A stretch of DNA of 64,000 nucleotides from Candidatus Dormiibacterota bacterium (lineage in GTDB: Bacteria; Chloroflexota; Dormibacteria; Aeolococcales; Bog-877). This document shows positions 41,177 through 50,489 of this stretch, one piece after another. The translations under genes and the position numbers were made by a program. The stretch is from NCBI GenBank assembly GCA_049591595.1, contig JBAWFE010000027.1, positions 149,812-213,811 on the forward strand. Reading direction: 5' to 3'. Every line of letters starts with the position of its first letter. Within the stretch, counting starts at the first letter, position 1. The notes under the pieces are model-generated. The model saw only the letters and a program-made list of their open reading frames with translations, was not told the origin of the DNA and did no database searches.

Positions 41177-42328
41177 GTGACGACCGATTTGAAAGGACGG
41201 GTCAATCAGGTCTGGATCGCCATAGGGCTGATCCTCGCGATCCTCGCGTTCGGCGCGGCTTATTACTTCACTCGCGCCAACACCAATAACACTCGAGTGG
41301 CCCCGGCCACCGGCCAGTTGGTGGTGATCGCGAAGGTCTCGATCCCCAGCGGTACGCTGATCACCGCCGGCATGCTCGAGGAGACCCGGATCAAGGGTCT
41401 GCTACCCCTCGATTCGTACAGCTCGTGTGTGCAACTCGTGCGCACCGCCTGTGCTGCAACTGCCGGTGTGTCGGCATCGCAGTCGACGTCAACCTCCGCC
41501 TCGGACTATTACGCCGTCGTTCCGATCACCCCCAACACGGTGATCACTCAGAACAACGTCTCCGTAAACCGAGCAACCCAGTCACCATCTTTCGGCAACT
41601 TGAATCTGCCGGCTGGTGAAGTTGCCGTGGCTATTCCGATTACCGCCGCGGAGTCGGTCGCCGGCTACCTCCAGGTGGGTGACCGGATTGACATCATCGG
41701 TCTTGACTCGAGCGGAAACACCGACTTCACCTTCGAGGACCTTCCGGTGATCAGCATCGGATCTCCGTCGACGGCGACCGGGGCAGCGAGCAGCTCGTCA
41801 GGCGGCGGACTGATCGTTCTTCAGCTGACGCGCAGCGAGGCCCTTGGCGTGACCGAGATGGTCAACGACGGTTCCATATACACGATCGCGCTGCGGTCCA
41901 GTGCGGACTACGGCCACGGCTACATTCCGATCACTTCGACGCCGGCTGACGAGTACACCCAGGCCTGCGTGGCGGGGAGCTCCGTCAACCCGATCATCCA
42001 AGAGGACATGCAGACGGCTCAGCTGTCGGTCACGGCGGCGTCCAAGACCTACACCACCGCCCACAAGCAATACAACAAGGACAACACCGCGCTGCAGAGC
42101 ATGTCGGGCACCGGCTCGGCCGAGCAGGCCGCCAAGGCCCAAGTGCTCACGGATGCGGCCACCTTGGCCCAGGATCAGTTCGCCCTGATCGAGGCCCAGA
42201 ATGAGCTGGCTTCCGACCAAGCGGTCCTGTACTGCGGATCCACCAATGCCGCCAGCTCGTCATCGTCGGCGGGCAACAATTCCGGTAGCTCGCAGATGCT
42301 GCAGAACCTCTTTGGCTTCAAACCCTGA
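41177..42328 (+). CDS. cpaB: CpaB/RcpC-family Flp pilus assembly protein with C-terminal extension
   Basis: N-terminal TM (WIAIGLILAILAFGAAYYF) then a SAF-like region QLVVIAKVSIPSGTLITAGML. ~150 aa extra C-terminal coiled coil and Ser-rich tail. Confidence 0.6.
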   Translation: MTTDLKGRVNQVWIAIGLILAILAFGAAYYFTRANTNNTRVAPATGQLVVIAKVSIPSGTLITAGMLEETRIKGLLPLDSYSSCVQLVRTACAATAGVSASQSTSTSASDYYAVVPITPNTVITQNNVSVNRATQSPSFGNLNLPAGEVAVAIPITAAESVAGYLQVGDRIDIIGLDSSGNTDFTFEDLPVISIGSPSTATGAASSSSGGGLIVLQLTRSEALGVTEMVNDGSIYTIALRSSADYGHGYIPITSTPADEYTQACVAGSSVNPIIQEDMQTAQLSVTAASKTYTTAHKQYNKDNTALQSMSGTGSAEQAAKAQVLTDAATLAQDQFALIEAQNELASDQAVLYCGSTNAASSSSSAGNNSGSSQMLQNLFGFKP

Positions 42329-42367
42329 TCCTGAGGGACGAGCGCACCTCAGGGTAGCCGGTAGTTC

Positions 42368-43627
42368 GTGAGCACCACGGTGGCGGATAAGACCGTCATC
42401 CGCGTGGTGGTGGTCGACGACATCGCCAGCACCCGAGAGAACCTCAAGAAGTTGCTCTCCTTCGAGGAGGACATTGAGGTTGTCGGGACCGCTGGCGATG
42501 GCCGGACCGGCATCGACGTGACCCGGCAACTCTCGCCGCACGTGGTGCTGATGGACGTCAACATGCCGGGAATGGACGGGATCGCCGCGACTGAGACCCT
42601 GGCAGTGGAATCGCCCAACTCCCCGGTCGTGATCATGTCCGTCCAGGGGGAGCGGGACTACCTGCGCCGCGCGATGCAGTCGGGTGCTCGGGAGTTCCTC
42701 ATCAAGCCCTTCACCGGCGACGAGCTGGTGTCCAGCATCCGCCGGGTCTACGAGATGGAGGAGAAGAAGGGATCCTACCTGCCGCGCCAGCCTCCCCCCC
42801 AGGAGCAGGTAGGCGACCTGCCCCCAACCGGTTGCCAGGTGTGTCTGGTTCTCAGCGGGAAGGGGGGCTGCGGCAAGACCTTCTTGGCCATCAACCTCGC
42901 CGCCGCCCTGCGGACGGAGACGGGCGGTCGGGTCTGCCTGGTCGATCTCGATCTCCAGTTCGGCGACATCGGCGTGATGCTCAATTTGGACCACGCCAAG
43001 ACGATCACCGAACTGGTGGACAGCGAGAGTGCGTTGGACTGGGAGTTCGTCGACGACATCCTGGCCGATGGTCCAGAGGGGATTCGGGTCCTGCTGGGTC
43101 CCTTCAGCCCGGAGTTCGGGGACCTAGTCCGGGCGGAGCATGTGCGCGCCATCGTCGACGTTCTGCGACGAGAGTTTGACTATGTCGTCGTGGACAGTGG
43201 GAGCCAACTATCGGAGGCTACCCTCGAAGCAACCGAGTTGGCCGATCACGTGATCGTGGTCGGTGAGCTCACTATTCCCGCGATCAAGGACACTCGCCTG
43301 ATGCTGAAGATGCTGGAGTCGCTCAAAGTGGACCGCTCGCGGGTCATGGTCGCGGTCAACGCCCATGACGCGCATGCCGTCTATGACGCAGCCAGCATCG
43401 AGCGCAATCTGCGGTTCCCGGTCAAGCTGCAGATACCCTCGGAGCCTCGCCTGGTGGGCGGATCGATCCATCGGGCGATCCCGCTGGTCGTCTCCCACCC
43501 GGATTCCGACATCTCCTTGCTCTTCCGCAACCTGGCCCGAAGCCTGGCACCGGAAGGGGCAGCTCAGCCTGAACTCAAGGCCGAGGCCAAGGCGCCCACC
43601 GCCCGTCGCTTCGGGCTTCGGCGCTAG
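42368..43627 (+). CDS. tadZ: TadZ/CpaE: response-regulator receiver fused to a MinD/ParA-like ATPase
   Basis: REC domain with an intact phospho-acceptor region (VVVDD...VVLMDVNMPGMDG...FLIKPF), then a deviant Walker A LSGKGGCGKTFLAINLAAAL. Confidence 0.75.
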   Translation: MSTTVADKTVIRVVVVDDIASTRENLKKLLSFEEDIEVVGTAGDGRTGIDVTRQLSPHVVLMDVNMPGMDGIAATETLAVESPNSPVVIMSVQGERDYLRRAMQSGAREFLIKPFTGDELVSSIRRVYEMEEKKGSYLPRQPPPQEQVGDLPPTGCQVCLVLSGKGGCGKTFLAINLAAALRTETGGRVCLVDLDLQFGDIGVMLNLDHAKTITELVDSESALDWEFVDDILADGPEGIRVLLGPFSPEFGDLVRAEHVRAIVDVLRREFDYVVVDSGSQLSEATLEATELADHVIVVGELTIPAIKDTRLMLKMLESLKVDRSRVMVAVNAHDAHAVYDAASIERNLRFPVKLQIPSEPRLVGGSIHRAIPLVVSHPDSDISLLFRNLARSLAPEGAAQPELKAEAKAPTARRFGLRR

Positions 43628-43653
43628 GCCCAGTCGAGGAGTACTGCCAGGCC

Positions 43654-45225
43654 ATGTCACTGCTGGAGAGAGTTCGGACCAAGGACGGATCGGAGCCGGA
43701 GCCCGGCCCCGAAGTGTCCGCGCCAGTCGAGGAGAAGCCCAAGGCCAGGACGCCTGAGCCGGCAGCTGCGGCCCCCCCCGCTCCACCTCCCGCTGCTCCT
43801 TCTCGCCTAGCGGCCGCCCTGGCTGCCGCCAAGCCTCCGGCCGTAGCCGCCCCGGCCAAGTCGCCAGGATGGCGGGAGCGGTCCCAGACCAATCGGGAGA
43901 ACCCCTCGGCGGTGGTCGAGCCCCGGGCGGCTCATCACCCGCAGTACATGTCGATCAAGGCGCGGGTGACCCAGGCCCTACTGGAGGAGTACACCGACGT
44001 CTCCCAGGCGCCCCGCGAGCGGTTGGTCGCCAAGATCGGGGAGCTCTGCAATTCGGTCCTGGAAGAGCTGAGCATTTCGATCACCCGCACCGATCGGCAG
44101 CGGATGGTGGAGCAGCTGATCAGCGACGTGCTCGGCCTGGGCCCGCTGGAGATGATTCTCAAGGACCCGGAGATCAGCGAAATCATGATCAACGGCCCGG
44201 AGGATGTCTACGTCGAGCGCCAGGGAAGGATCTATCGCTACCCGGCCAAGTTCGACAACACGGACCACCTGATGCAGATCATCGACCGGATCGTCAGCTC
44301 GATCGGACGCCGAGTCGATGAGAGCTCGCCGATGGTGGACGCCAGACTCAAAGACGGCTCCCGGGTCAACGTGATCATCCCGCCGCTGGCGCTCCAGGGA
44401 CCGACTTTGACCATCCGGCGCTTCTCCAAGGACCCCTACACGGTGGAGGATCTGATCAACTTCGGAACTCTCACCGCTGAGATGGCGACGTTCATCCGGG
44501 CCTGCGTGCGGGCCAGGTTCAACGTGCTGATCTCAGGAGGCACCGGGTCCGGTAAGACGACCACTCTGAACGTGCTCTCCGGCTGGATCCCCGACGACGA
44601 GCGGATCATCACAATTGAGGACGCAGCCGAGTTGCAGCTGCGCCAAGACCACGTTGTGACCCTGGAGTCGCGCCCCTCCAACATCGAGGGCCGAGGACGG
44701 GTCAGCATTCGTGATCTGGTCATCAACAGCCTGCGGATGCGGCCGGATCGGATCGTCGTCGGTGAGTGTCGGGGAGGTGAGGCCCTGGATATGCTCCAGG
44801 CGATGAACACAGGCCACGACGGCTCACTTACCACTGTTCACGCCAACACTCCAGCCGACGCTTTGACCCGACTGGAGACCATGACGTTGATGGCCGGCAC
44901 CGACCTCCCGTCGCGGGCCATCCGCGAGCAGATCGCGTCGGCTATCCACCTGGTGGTTCAGCAAGCTCGCCTTCGCGATGGCACCCGGCGCATCATCGCC
45001 ATCTCCGAAGTCCGGGGCTTCGACGGGGAACGGGTCGAGATCGCGGACATCTTCCAGTACCGCCAGAAGGGCCTCGATGACCAGGGGATGGTGATCGGCC
45101 AGTTCGAAGCGGTCCAGGTTCCCAAGCGCCTCGATGATCTGGCCGCCGCTGGCGAGGGGTTGGAGGAATCGCTGTTTGCTCCTCCTTCCAAGGGCAAAAT
45201 AGCAGCAGGAGAGACCGCCGCATGA
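43654..45225 (+). CDS. tadA: CpaF/TadA secretion ATPase (VirB11/PilB superfamily) with Pro/Ala-rich N-terminal extension
   Basis: Walker [24 protein letters not shown], Asp/His boxes [17 protein letters not shown]. ~130-aa low-complexity N-terminus. Confidence 0.9.
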   Translation: MSLLERVRTKDGSEPEPGPEVSAPVEEKPKARTPEPAAAAPPAPPPAAPSRLAAALAAAKPPAVAAPAKSPGWRERSQTNRENPSAVVEPRAAHHPQYMSIKARVTQALLEEYTDVSQAPRERLVAKIGELCNSVLEELSISITRTDRQRMVEQLISDVLGLGPLEMILKDPEISEIMINGPEDVYVERQGRIYRYPAKFDNTDHLMQIIDRIVSSIGRRVDESSPMVDARLKDGSRVNVIIPPLALQGPTLTIRRFSKDPYTVEDLINFGTLTAEMATFIRACVRARFNVLISGGTGSGKTTTLNVLSGWIPDDERIITIEDAAELQLRQDHVVTLESRPSNIEGRGRVSIRDLVINSLRMRPDRIVVGECRGGEALDMLQAMNTGHDGSLTTVHANTPADALTRLETMTLMAGTDLPSRAIREQIASAIHLVVQQARLRDGTRRIIAISEVRGFDGERVEIADIFQYRQKGLDDQGMVIGQFEAVQVPKRLDDLAAAGEGLEESLFAPPSKGKIAAGETAA

Positions 45226-46253
45226 ACGCTCTAGTACTGGTCCTGGACGGGGTCGGTGCCTTGGCCTTGGGAGCCGCGGTCGCCTACCTGCTCGCCTCCT
45301 GGCGCTCGAAGTCGGGAAGTGCCGACATGGATGAGCGGGTGCGCCGCTTCGCCGAAGCCGGCGCCGGACTGGCGATCTCCGTCCCCGGTGATGAGGACTT
45401 TGGCGAATCGGCCGGCAGCCTGCAGGATCGAGCCAAGAAGCTGCTGGCGCGGCTGCGCCGCCAGGTTGAAGGAGGCAGTAAGGCGGCGGGCGTAGCCCAG
45501 CGACCTAGGTCGGTGCAAGTGGCGGAGGCGTTGGCGCGGGCTGATGTCAAGCTGCGACCGACAGAGTGGTATCTGATTCGAATCGGGGCGGTGGTGCTGC
45601 TGGCGCTGATCGGTCTCGCCCTCTACCGCAGCCTCATCTTCGCGCTCATCCTCGGAGTGATCGGTGTCTTCGTTCCTCCGTTGGTGCTGCGCTTTCGAGC
45701 CCGACGCCGCCTCGGCCGCTTCAATGACCAGCTCGGGGACACCCTGATCCTCCTCAGCAACGCGCTCAAGGCCGGTTACAGCTTTCCCCAGGCGATGGCC
45801 AGCATCGCCCGCTCGGCGCCACCGCCGACCTCGGAGGAGTTCGCCCGGGCAACCCGGGAGGTGCAGCTGGGGGTGACCACCGACGCGGCGCTCACCCACA
45901 TGGTCCATCGGATCCAGTCCGACGACCTCGACCTGGTAGTTACCGCCGTGCAGATTCAGCGCGTCGTGGGCGGCAATCTGGCCGAGATCTTCGACAACAT
46001 CGCCTTCACCATCCGGGAGCGTATCCGGATCAAGGGTGAGATCAAGACCCTGACCGCCCAGGCCCGGGCCTCGAGCTTCATCATCACCGGATTGCCGATC
46101 GGCTTGGGACTGATCCTGGAGGCGATCAACCCCAACTACATCGCCCCCCTGCTCTCCTTCAAGGGCCCTGGTCCGTACATCCTGATTGGATGCCTGATCT
46201 CCATTGCCTTCGCCTTCTACGTGATGCAGCGCATCGCCAACATCGAGGTCTGA
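45222..46253 (+). CDS. tadB: TadB (T2SS-F domain inner-membrane platform protein)
   Basis: T2SSF-like domain. 4-nt overlap with tadA. Confidence 0.8.
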   Translation: MNALVLVLDGVGALALGAAVAYLLASWRSKSGSADMDERVRRFAEAGAGLAISVPGDEDFGESAGSLQDRAKKLLARLRRQVEGGSKAAGVAQRPRSVQVAEALARADVKLRPTEWYLIRIGAVVLLALIGLALYRSLIFALILGVIGVFVPPLVLRFRARRRLGRFNDQLGDTLILLSNALKAGYSFPQAMASIARSAPPPTSEEFARATREVQLGVTTDAALTHMVHRIQSDDLDLVVTAVQIQRVVGGNLAEIFDNIAFTIRERIRIKGEIKTLTAQARASSFIITGLPIGLGLILEAINPNYIAPLLSFKGPGPYILIGCLISIAFAFYVMQRIANIEV

Positions 46254-46256
46254 GCG

Positions 46257-47174
46257 ATGTCTTATGAAGCGCTGATCGTCGGTTTGATCGCCGCCGCCGC
46301 GGTCTTCCTGGTCTTTGCCGGGCTGATCAAGCGCCAACCCCAGGTGAACCTCCTGGACGCGCGGCTCGCCGTGTATGACGAGCCAACAGGTCCCAGGACG
46401 CTCGATGAGATCGAGATGAGCCAGCCCTTCACGGAGCGCTTCCTGCGCCCCTTCTTCGACCGCATCGGTCGGCGGGTGGCGGCTCTTCAGCCGCGGGACC
46501 GCGCCCAGAAACTCCAGATTCTCATCGACCTGGCCGGCCGGCCGATGGGGATGAACGCGGGTAGCTTCGTGGCCGCCCAGATCGTGCTCGCAGTGCTGGG
46601 GGCCGTCGTGGGTCTCGGCCTGGCGGTCCTGCTTTCCTTGCCTTGGTTCCTCGGCTTGGTCTTCGGCGCCGTGCTCGGTTACATCGGCCCGCAGTACCAG
46701 CTGAAGCGGATCGTGAGCGCAAAGCAGAAGGAGATCTCGCTGGCGCTACCCAACGCCCTCGACCTCCTCTGCATCAGCGTGGAGGCCGGTCTGGGATTCG
46801 ACGCCGCCTTGGCTCGGGTGATCGAGAAATTTGATAACGCCCTCTCACGGGAATTCGCCTTCGTGCTCAACGAAATCCGGCTGGGGCGACCCCGCCACGA
46901 GGCGCTCGAGGATCTCGGCAAGCGCTCAGGGGTTCAGGAGCTGGCGTCCTTCATCCAGGCGCTGGTGCAGTCCGATCAACTTGGGGTGGGCATCGCCCGC
47001 GTTTTGCGCATCCAGTCCGACGAGATGCGCCGCCGCCGGCGTCAGAAGGCGGAGGCCAAGGCTCAGCAGGCGAGCCTGAAGATGCTCTTCCCGATGGTCG
47101 GCTGCATCTTCCCGGTGCTGTTCGTGATCCTGCTGGGTCCGCCGGCTGTGGCGTTGATCTTCCATGTCACCTAA
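46257..47174 (+). CDS. tadC: TadC (T2SS-F domain inner-membrane platform protein)
   Basis: Second T2SSF-like protein, 3 nt after tadB. Confidence 0.75.
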   Translation: MSYEALIVGLIAAAAVFLVFAGLIKRQPQVNLLDARLAVYDEPTGPRTLDEIEMSQPFTERFLRPFFDRIGRRVAALQPRDRAQKLQILIDLAGRPMGMNAGSFVAAQIVLAVLGAVVGLGLAVLLSLPWFLGLVFGAVLGYIGPQYQLKRIVSAKQKEISLALPNALDLLCISVEAGLGFDAALARVIEKFDNALSREFAFVLNEIRLGRPRHEALEDLGKRSGVQELASFIQALVQSDQLGVGIARVLRIQSDEMRRRRRQKAEAKAQQASLKMLFPMVGCIFPVLFVILLGPPAVALIFHVT

Positions 47175-47637
47175 TTCGGCTCCGGCGAACACCGCCGGTC
47201 CCCGTTCGCGAACGGTGGTGGTGCGCGCCGCCGACGGCGCGGTGGTGGCCCGTCGGGTGACCGTGGCGGATCGCTTCGGACCCCGCCTGATGGGGCTGAT
47301 GGGTCGCGCCCAGCTCGACCCTGACGAGGGACTGTGGCTGGTGCCGTGCAACAGTGTTCACATGTTCTTCATGCGGACCCCGTTGGACATTGCCTATCTC
47401 GACCGCCAGCTGCGGGTGGTGCGCTGCGTGCCGGAGATGCGGGAATGGCAGGTCAAGCTGCTGCCGGTGCGGCATGCGCATAGCGCCCTCGAGCTGGCCC
47501 CGGGCACCCTGCGTCGCACGGGAGTCAGCGAGGGCGATGAGCTAAAGATAGGGTCGGAGCCCGCGAGTGTCGCGGAGTTAGCCCCGGAGATGTCCGGCAC
47601 CGGTTCAGCGGTGTTCAGTTCCAGTGTCAGGGAGTAG
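47164..47637 (+). CDS. DUF192 (COG1430) domain protein
   Basis: GLMGRAQLDPDEGLWLVPCNSVHMFFMRTPLDIAYLDRQLRVV ... ALELAPG follows the DUF192 consensus. It overlaps tadC by 11 nt. Confidence 0.55.
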   Translation: MSPNSAPANTAGPRSRTVVVRAADGAVVARRVTVADRFGPRLMGLMGRAQLDPDEGLWLVPCNSVHMFFMRTPLDIAYLDRQLRVVRCVPEMREWQVKLLPVRHAHSALELAPGTLRRTGVSEGDELKIGSEPASVAELAPEMSGTGSAVFSSSVRE

Positions 47638-47640
47638 TCA

Positions 47641-48834
47641 ATGAGTCCGGTCCTTACCGAAGAAGAGAGGCTGCAAGGCATGGAGGGATACCTCCAGGCC
47701 CTCGGTCCGCTGCGGGTTCTAGTGGAAGATGACAGTCTCACCGAGATCATGGTCGTCGGTCCGGACATGGTGTACGTGGAGGCCCAGGGCAAGATCGTGC
47801 TCACCGACGTCCGCTTCCGCGACAACGAGCATCTCCTCAAGGTGATCGACCTGATCGTCGCCGCGGTCGGACGCCGCGTTGACGTTCGTCAGCCACTCTG
47901 TGACGCACGTTTGCTGGACGGCTCCCGCGTCAACGCGGTGGTGCCCCCGGTGTCTATCGACGGACCAATTCTGACCATCCGTAAGTTCGCCAAAGAGCGC
48001 CTGCGGATCACCGACCTGATCCATTTCGGCACCATCGATGAGGCGGGTGCATCGTTCATGCAGGCCTGCGTGCTGGCCCGCGCGAACATCCTCATCTCGG
48101 GAGGCACCGGCGCCGGCAAGACGACGCTGCTGAACATCTGCTCAGGCTTCATTCCTCCCGACGAGCGCATCGTCACCATCGAGGACGCCGCAGAGCTGCA
48201 GATGCACCAGGAGCATGTCTGTCGGCTGGAGTCGCGTCCCCCGGACGTGCGTGGCGAGGGCCGGATCAACATCCGCGACCTGGTCATCAACGCCCTCCGG
48301 ATGCGACCTGATCGAATTGTGGTCGGTGAGGTTCGAGGCGGTGAGGCTCTGGACATGCTTCAGGCCATGAACACGGGCCATGACGGCTCCATGACCACCG
48401 TCCACGCCAACACCCCTCGAGACAGTCTCTCCCGTCTGGAGACCCAGGTATTGATGGGTGGCGTGGAGCTGCCCTCGAAGGCGATTCGTCAGCAGATCTC
48501 CAGCGCCATCGACATCATCGTGCAGCTCAACCGCCTCCGCGACGGCAGCCGTCGGATCACCGCGATCAGCGAGGTGGTCGGGATGGAGGGCGACACGATC
48601 ACGATGCAGGACATCTTCGTGATGAAGGCCGAGGGCATGGATCAGCAGGGCAACCTGAAGAATGAGTTCGAGCTGACCGGGGTCAGGCCGCAGATCCTCG
48701 ACCGTCTCTTCGACATGGGCTTGGCGGTTCCACCCGAGATCTCAAGGCTCTTCCCGGACCGGCGCACCGACCAGGTGGCGGCGATCAAGTTGCCGACACC
48801 ACCCCCCGGTCCATTGCAGAGGCGTCTTGGCTGA
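47641..48834 (+). CDS. second CpaF/TadA-like secretion ATPase paralog (N-terminally shorter, 397 aa)
   Basis: [40 protein letters not shown]. ~80% nt identity to the tadA core over ~100 nt (44758-44850 vs 48319-48420). Confidence 0.85.
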   Translation: MSPVLTEEERLQGMEGYLQALGPLRVLVEDDSLTEIMVVGPDMVYVEAQGKIVLTDVRFRDNEHLLKVIDLIVAAVGRRVDVRQPLCDARLLDGSRVNAVVPPVSIDGPILTIRKFAKERLRITDLIHFGTIDEAGASFMQACVLARANILISGGTGAGKTTLLNICSGFIPPDERIVTIEDAAELQMHQEHVCRLESRPPDVRGEGRINIRDLVINALRMRPDRIVVGEVRGGEALDMLQAMNTGHDGSMTTVHANTPRDSLSRLETQVLMGGVELPSKAIRQQISSAIDIIVQLNRLRDGSRRITAISEVVGMEGDTITMQDIFVMKAEGMDQQGNLKNEFELTGVRPQILDRLFDMGLAVPPEISRLFPDRRTDQVAAIKLPTPPPGPLQRRLG

Positions 48835-49666
48835 TGTCCGGACTCGGCGGGGGGCGGTAACCCGCCGACTCGCAAAGGGGTTCGGTGGCGTCTTTTTGGG
48901 GGCAATCCTGACTTTGACGCTGCCCGGCCTCCTGGCGGCCCCCGTGTTTGCCCAAACACCAGGCAGTGGAACTGGGTACAACGAAGAGCTAGTCAGTCTC
49001 ACCAACAACGACCGCACCAGTAACGGATTGGCGGCCCTGGCGGAGAACGGCGCCCTCGACGACATCGGAGAGAGTGGGGATTACGGTGGCTGCTCTCGAC
49101 CTATCTACGGACGGGCGGACGACATGATCACCAATGACTACTTCTCCCACGTCATTCCGGGATGCAGCGCCGACGGGGGCTACGTCTGGCCGATCATGTC
49201 GGCGTACGGAGTCGATTTCAGTTCAGCAGGCGAGAATGTCGGCTGGAACAGCGGCTACGCGGACCCGGCGGCCGGGGTGAACACCCAGTTCATGGACTCC
49301 GCTCCCCACCGGGCAAACATCCTGGGGGCATTTGACGAGCTTGGAGTCGGGTCCTGGTACACCTCAAGCTCCTGGAACTACCCGGGCAGCGGTGGCGGAC
49401 CCTGGACCGGCGTCTACATGTTCGCCGAGGAGTTCGCCCAGGTCGGCGGGTACACTCCGCCTCCGTCGTCGGGTGGCGGAGGTGGTGGCGGTGGTGGCGG
49501 TACGGCACCTAGCCCACCGGCAACGCCGGCTCCCACTCCGGTCCCGACCCCGACTCCCACCCCGAAGCCCCCTCCGCCCGGAGTGGGGTCAAAGTCGCCG
49601 AAGCTGGCCCAGGGATTGCTATCCAGCACAATTGACCAGGTGATCAGCAGCTACCTAGATGAGTGA
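48827..49666 (+). CDS. secreted CAP/SCP/PR-1-domain protein with Gly10 + Pro/Thr-rich linker
   Basis: Signal peptide (...LLAAPVFAQT), a CAP core (NNDRTSNGLAAL ... GENVGWN ... HRANIL) and GGGGGGGGGGTAPSPPATPAPTPVPTPTPTPKPPPPG. Confidence 0.6.
   Translation: MADVRTRRGAVTRRLAKGFGGVFLGAILTLTLPGLLAAPVFAQTPGSGTGYNEELVSLTNNDRTSNGLAALAENGALDDIGESGDYGGCSRPIYGRADDMITNDYFSHVIPGCSADGGYVWPIMSAYGVDFSSAGENVGWNSGYADPAAGVNTQFMDSAPHRANILGAFDELGVGSWYTSSSWNYPGSGGGPWTGVYMFAEEFAQVGGYTPPPSSGGGGGGGGGGTAPSPPATPAPTPVPTPTPTPKPPPPGVGSKSPKLAQGLLSSTIDQVISSYLDE
49468..49582 (+). repeat. low-complexity Gly10 / (Pro-Thr)n coding repeat
   Basis: ggtggcggaggtggtggcggtggtggcggt... followed by ccgac/ccgactcc-type PT repeats. 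Confidence 0.7.
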
Positions 49667-50474
49667 GGCGCCCGCCCCAGTCGAAAAGGGCGAGGTGGCA
49701 GGCCAGGCAGTGTTGGAAGCGACGGGACTTCACAAGAGCTTCTCCATCAGCAAGACCCCTCACGAAGTGGTTCGCCAGGTCTCACTGACGGTCAACCCCG
49801 GGGAGTTCTTCGCGGTGATGGGCCCCAGTGGATGCGGCAAGTCGACGCTGCTGAACATGCTCGGTGGGCTGGAAGCTCCCGACCAGGGCAAGGTGGTGGT
49901 AAGGGGGACCGATCTCTACTCCTTGAGCGAAGGCGAAAGGGCGGCGTTCCGACGTCGGCAGATCGGGTTCATCTTCCAGTTCTTCAACCTGCTCCCCAGC
50001 CTGACGGCCGCCGAGAACGTGATGCTGCCCTACCGCTTGGAGCGCAATCGCGCGTGGCCGCTGCGAGGGCTGGGACGAGACCGAGACGCGCGGGCCCGGG
50101 CCCACGATCTGATGGCGATGCTGGGGCTGAAGGGGCTGCAGGGACACCGACCTGACGAGATTTCTGGTGGTGAGCAGCAGCGGGTCGCGGTCGCCCGGGC
50201 CCTAGTCTCCGACCCGGCCATCCTGCTGGCGGACGAGCCCACCGGTACCTTGGACTACCACGCCGGTCGAGGCGTGCTGGAGCTGTTGCTGCGGCTGAGT
50301 CGGCAGGAGGGTCGGACCATCGTCCTGGTGACCCACGACGTCCGGACCGCCGCCTACGCCGAACGGGTGGCGATCATGCTCGACGGGGAGTTCAAGGAGG
50401 TGGTGCGGTTGGGTCACCGGACAGTTCACGACACCGCCCCACTGCTGGAAAGGCTCGGGACTCATGGTCTCTGA
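49659..50474 (+). CDS. ABC transporter ATP-binding protein (MacB/LolD/FtsE-like)
   Basis: [37 protein letters not shown]. 8-nt overlap with the CAP gene (ATGAGTGA). Confidence 0.9.
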   Translation: MSEAPAPVEKGEVAGQAVLEATGLHKSFSISKTPHEVVRQVSLTVNPGEFFAVMGPSGCGKSTLLNMLGGLEAPDQGKVVVRGTDLYSLSEGERAAFRRRQIGFIFQFFNLLPSLTAAENVMLPYRLERNRAWPLRGLGRDRDARARAHDLMAMLGLKGLQGHRPDEISGGEQQRVAVARALVSDPAILLADEPTGTLDYHAGRGVLELLLRLSRQEGRTIVLVTHDVRTAAYAERVAIMLDGEFKEVVRLGHRTVHDTAPLLERLGTHGL

Positions 50475-50489
50475 GGTCGGCTCCGGGAG

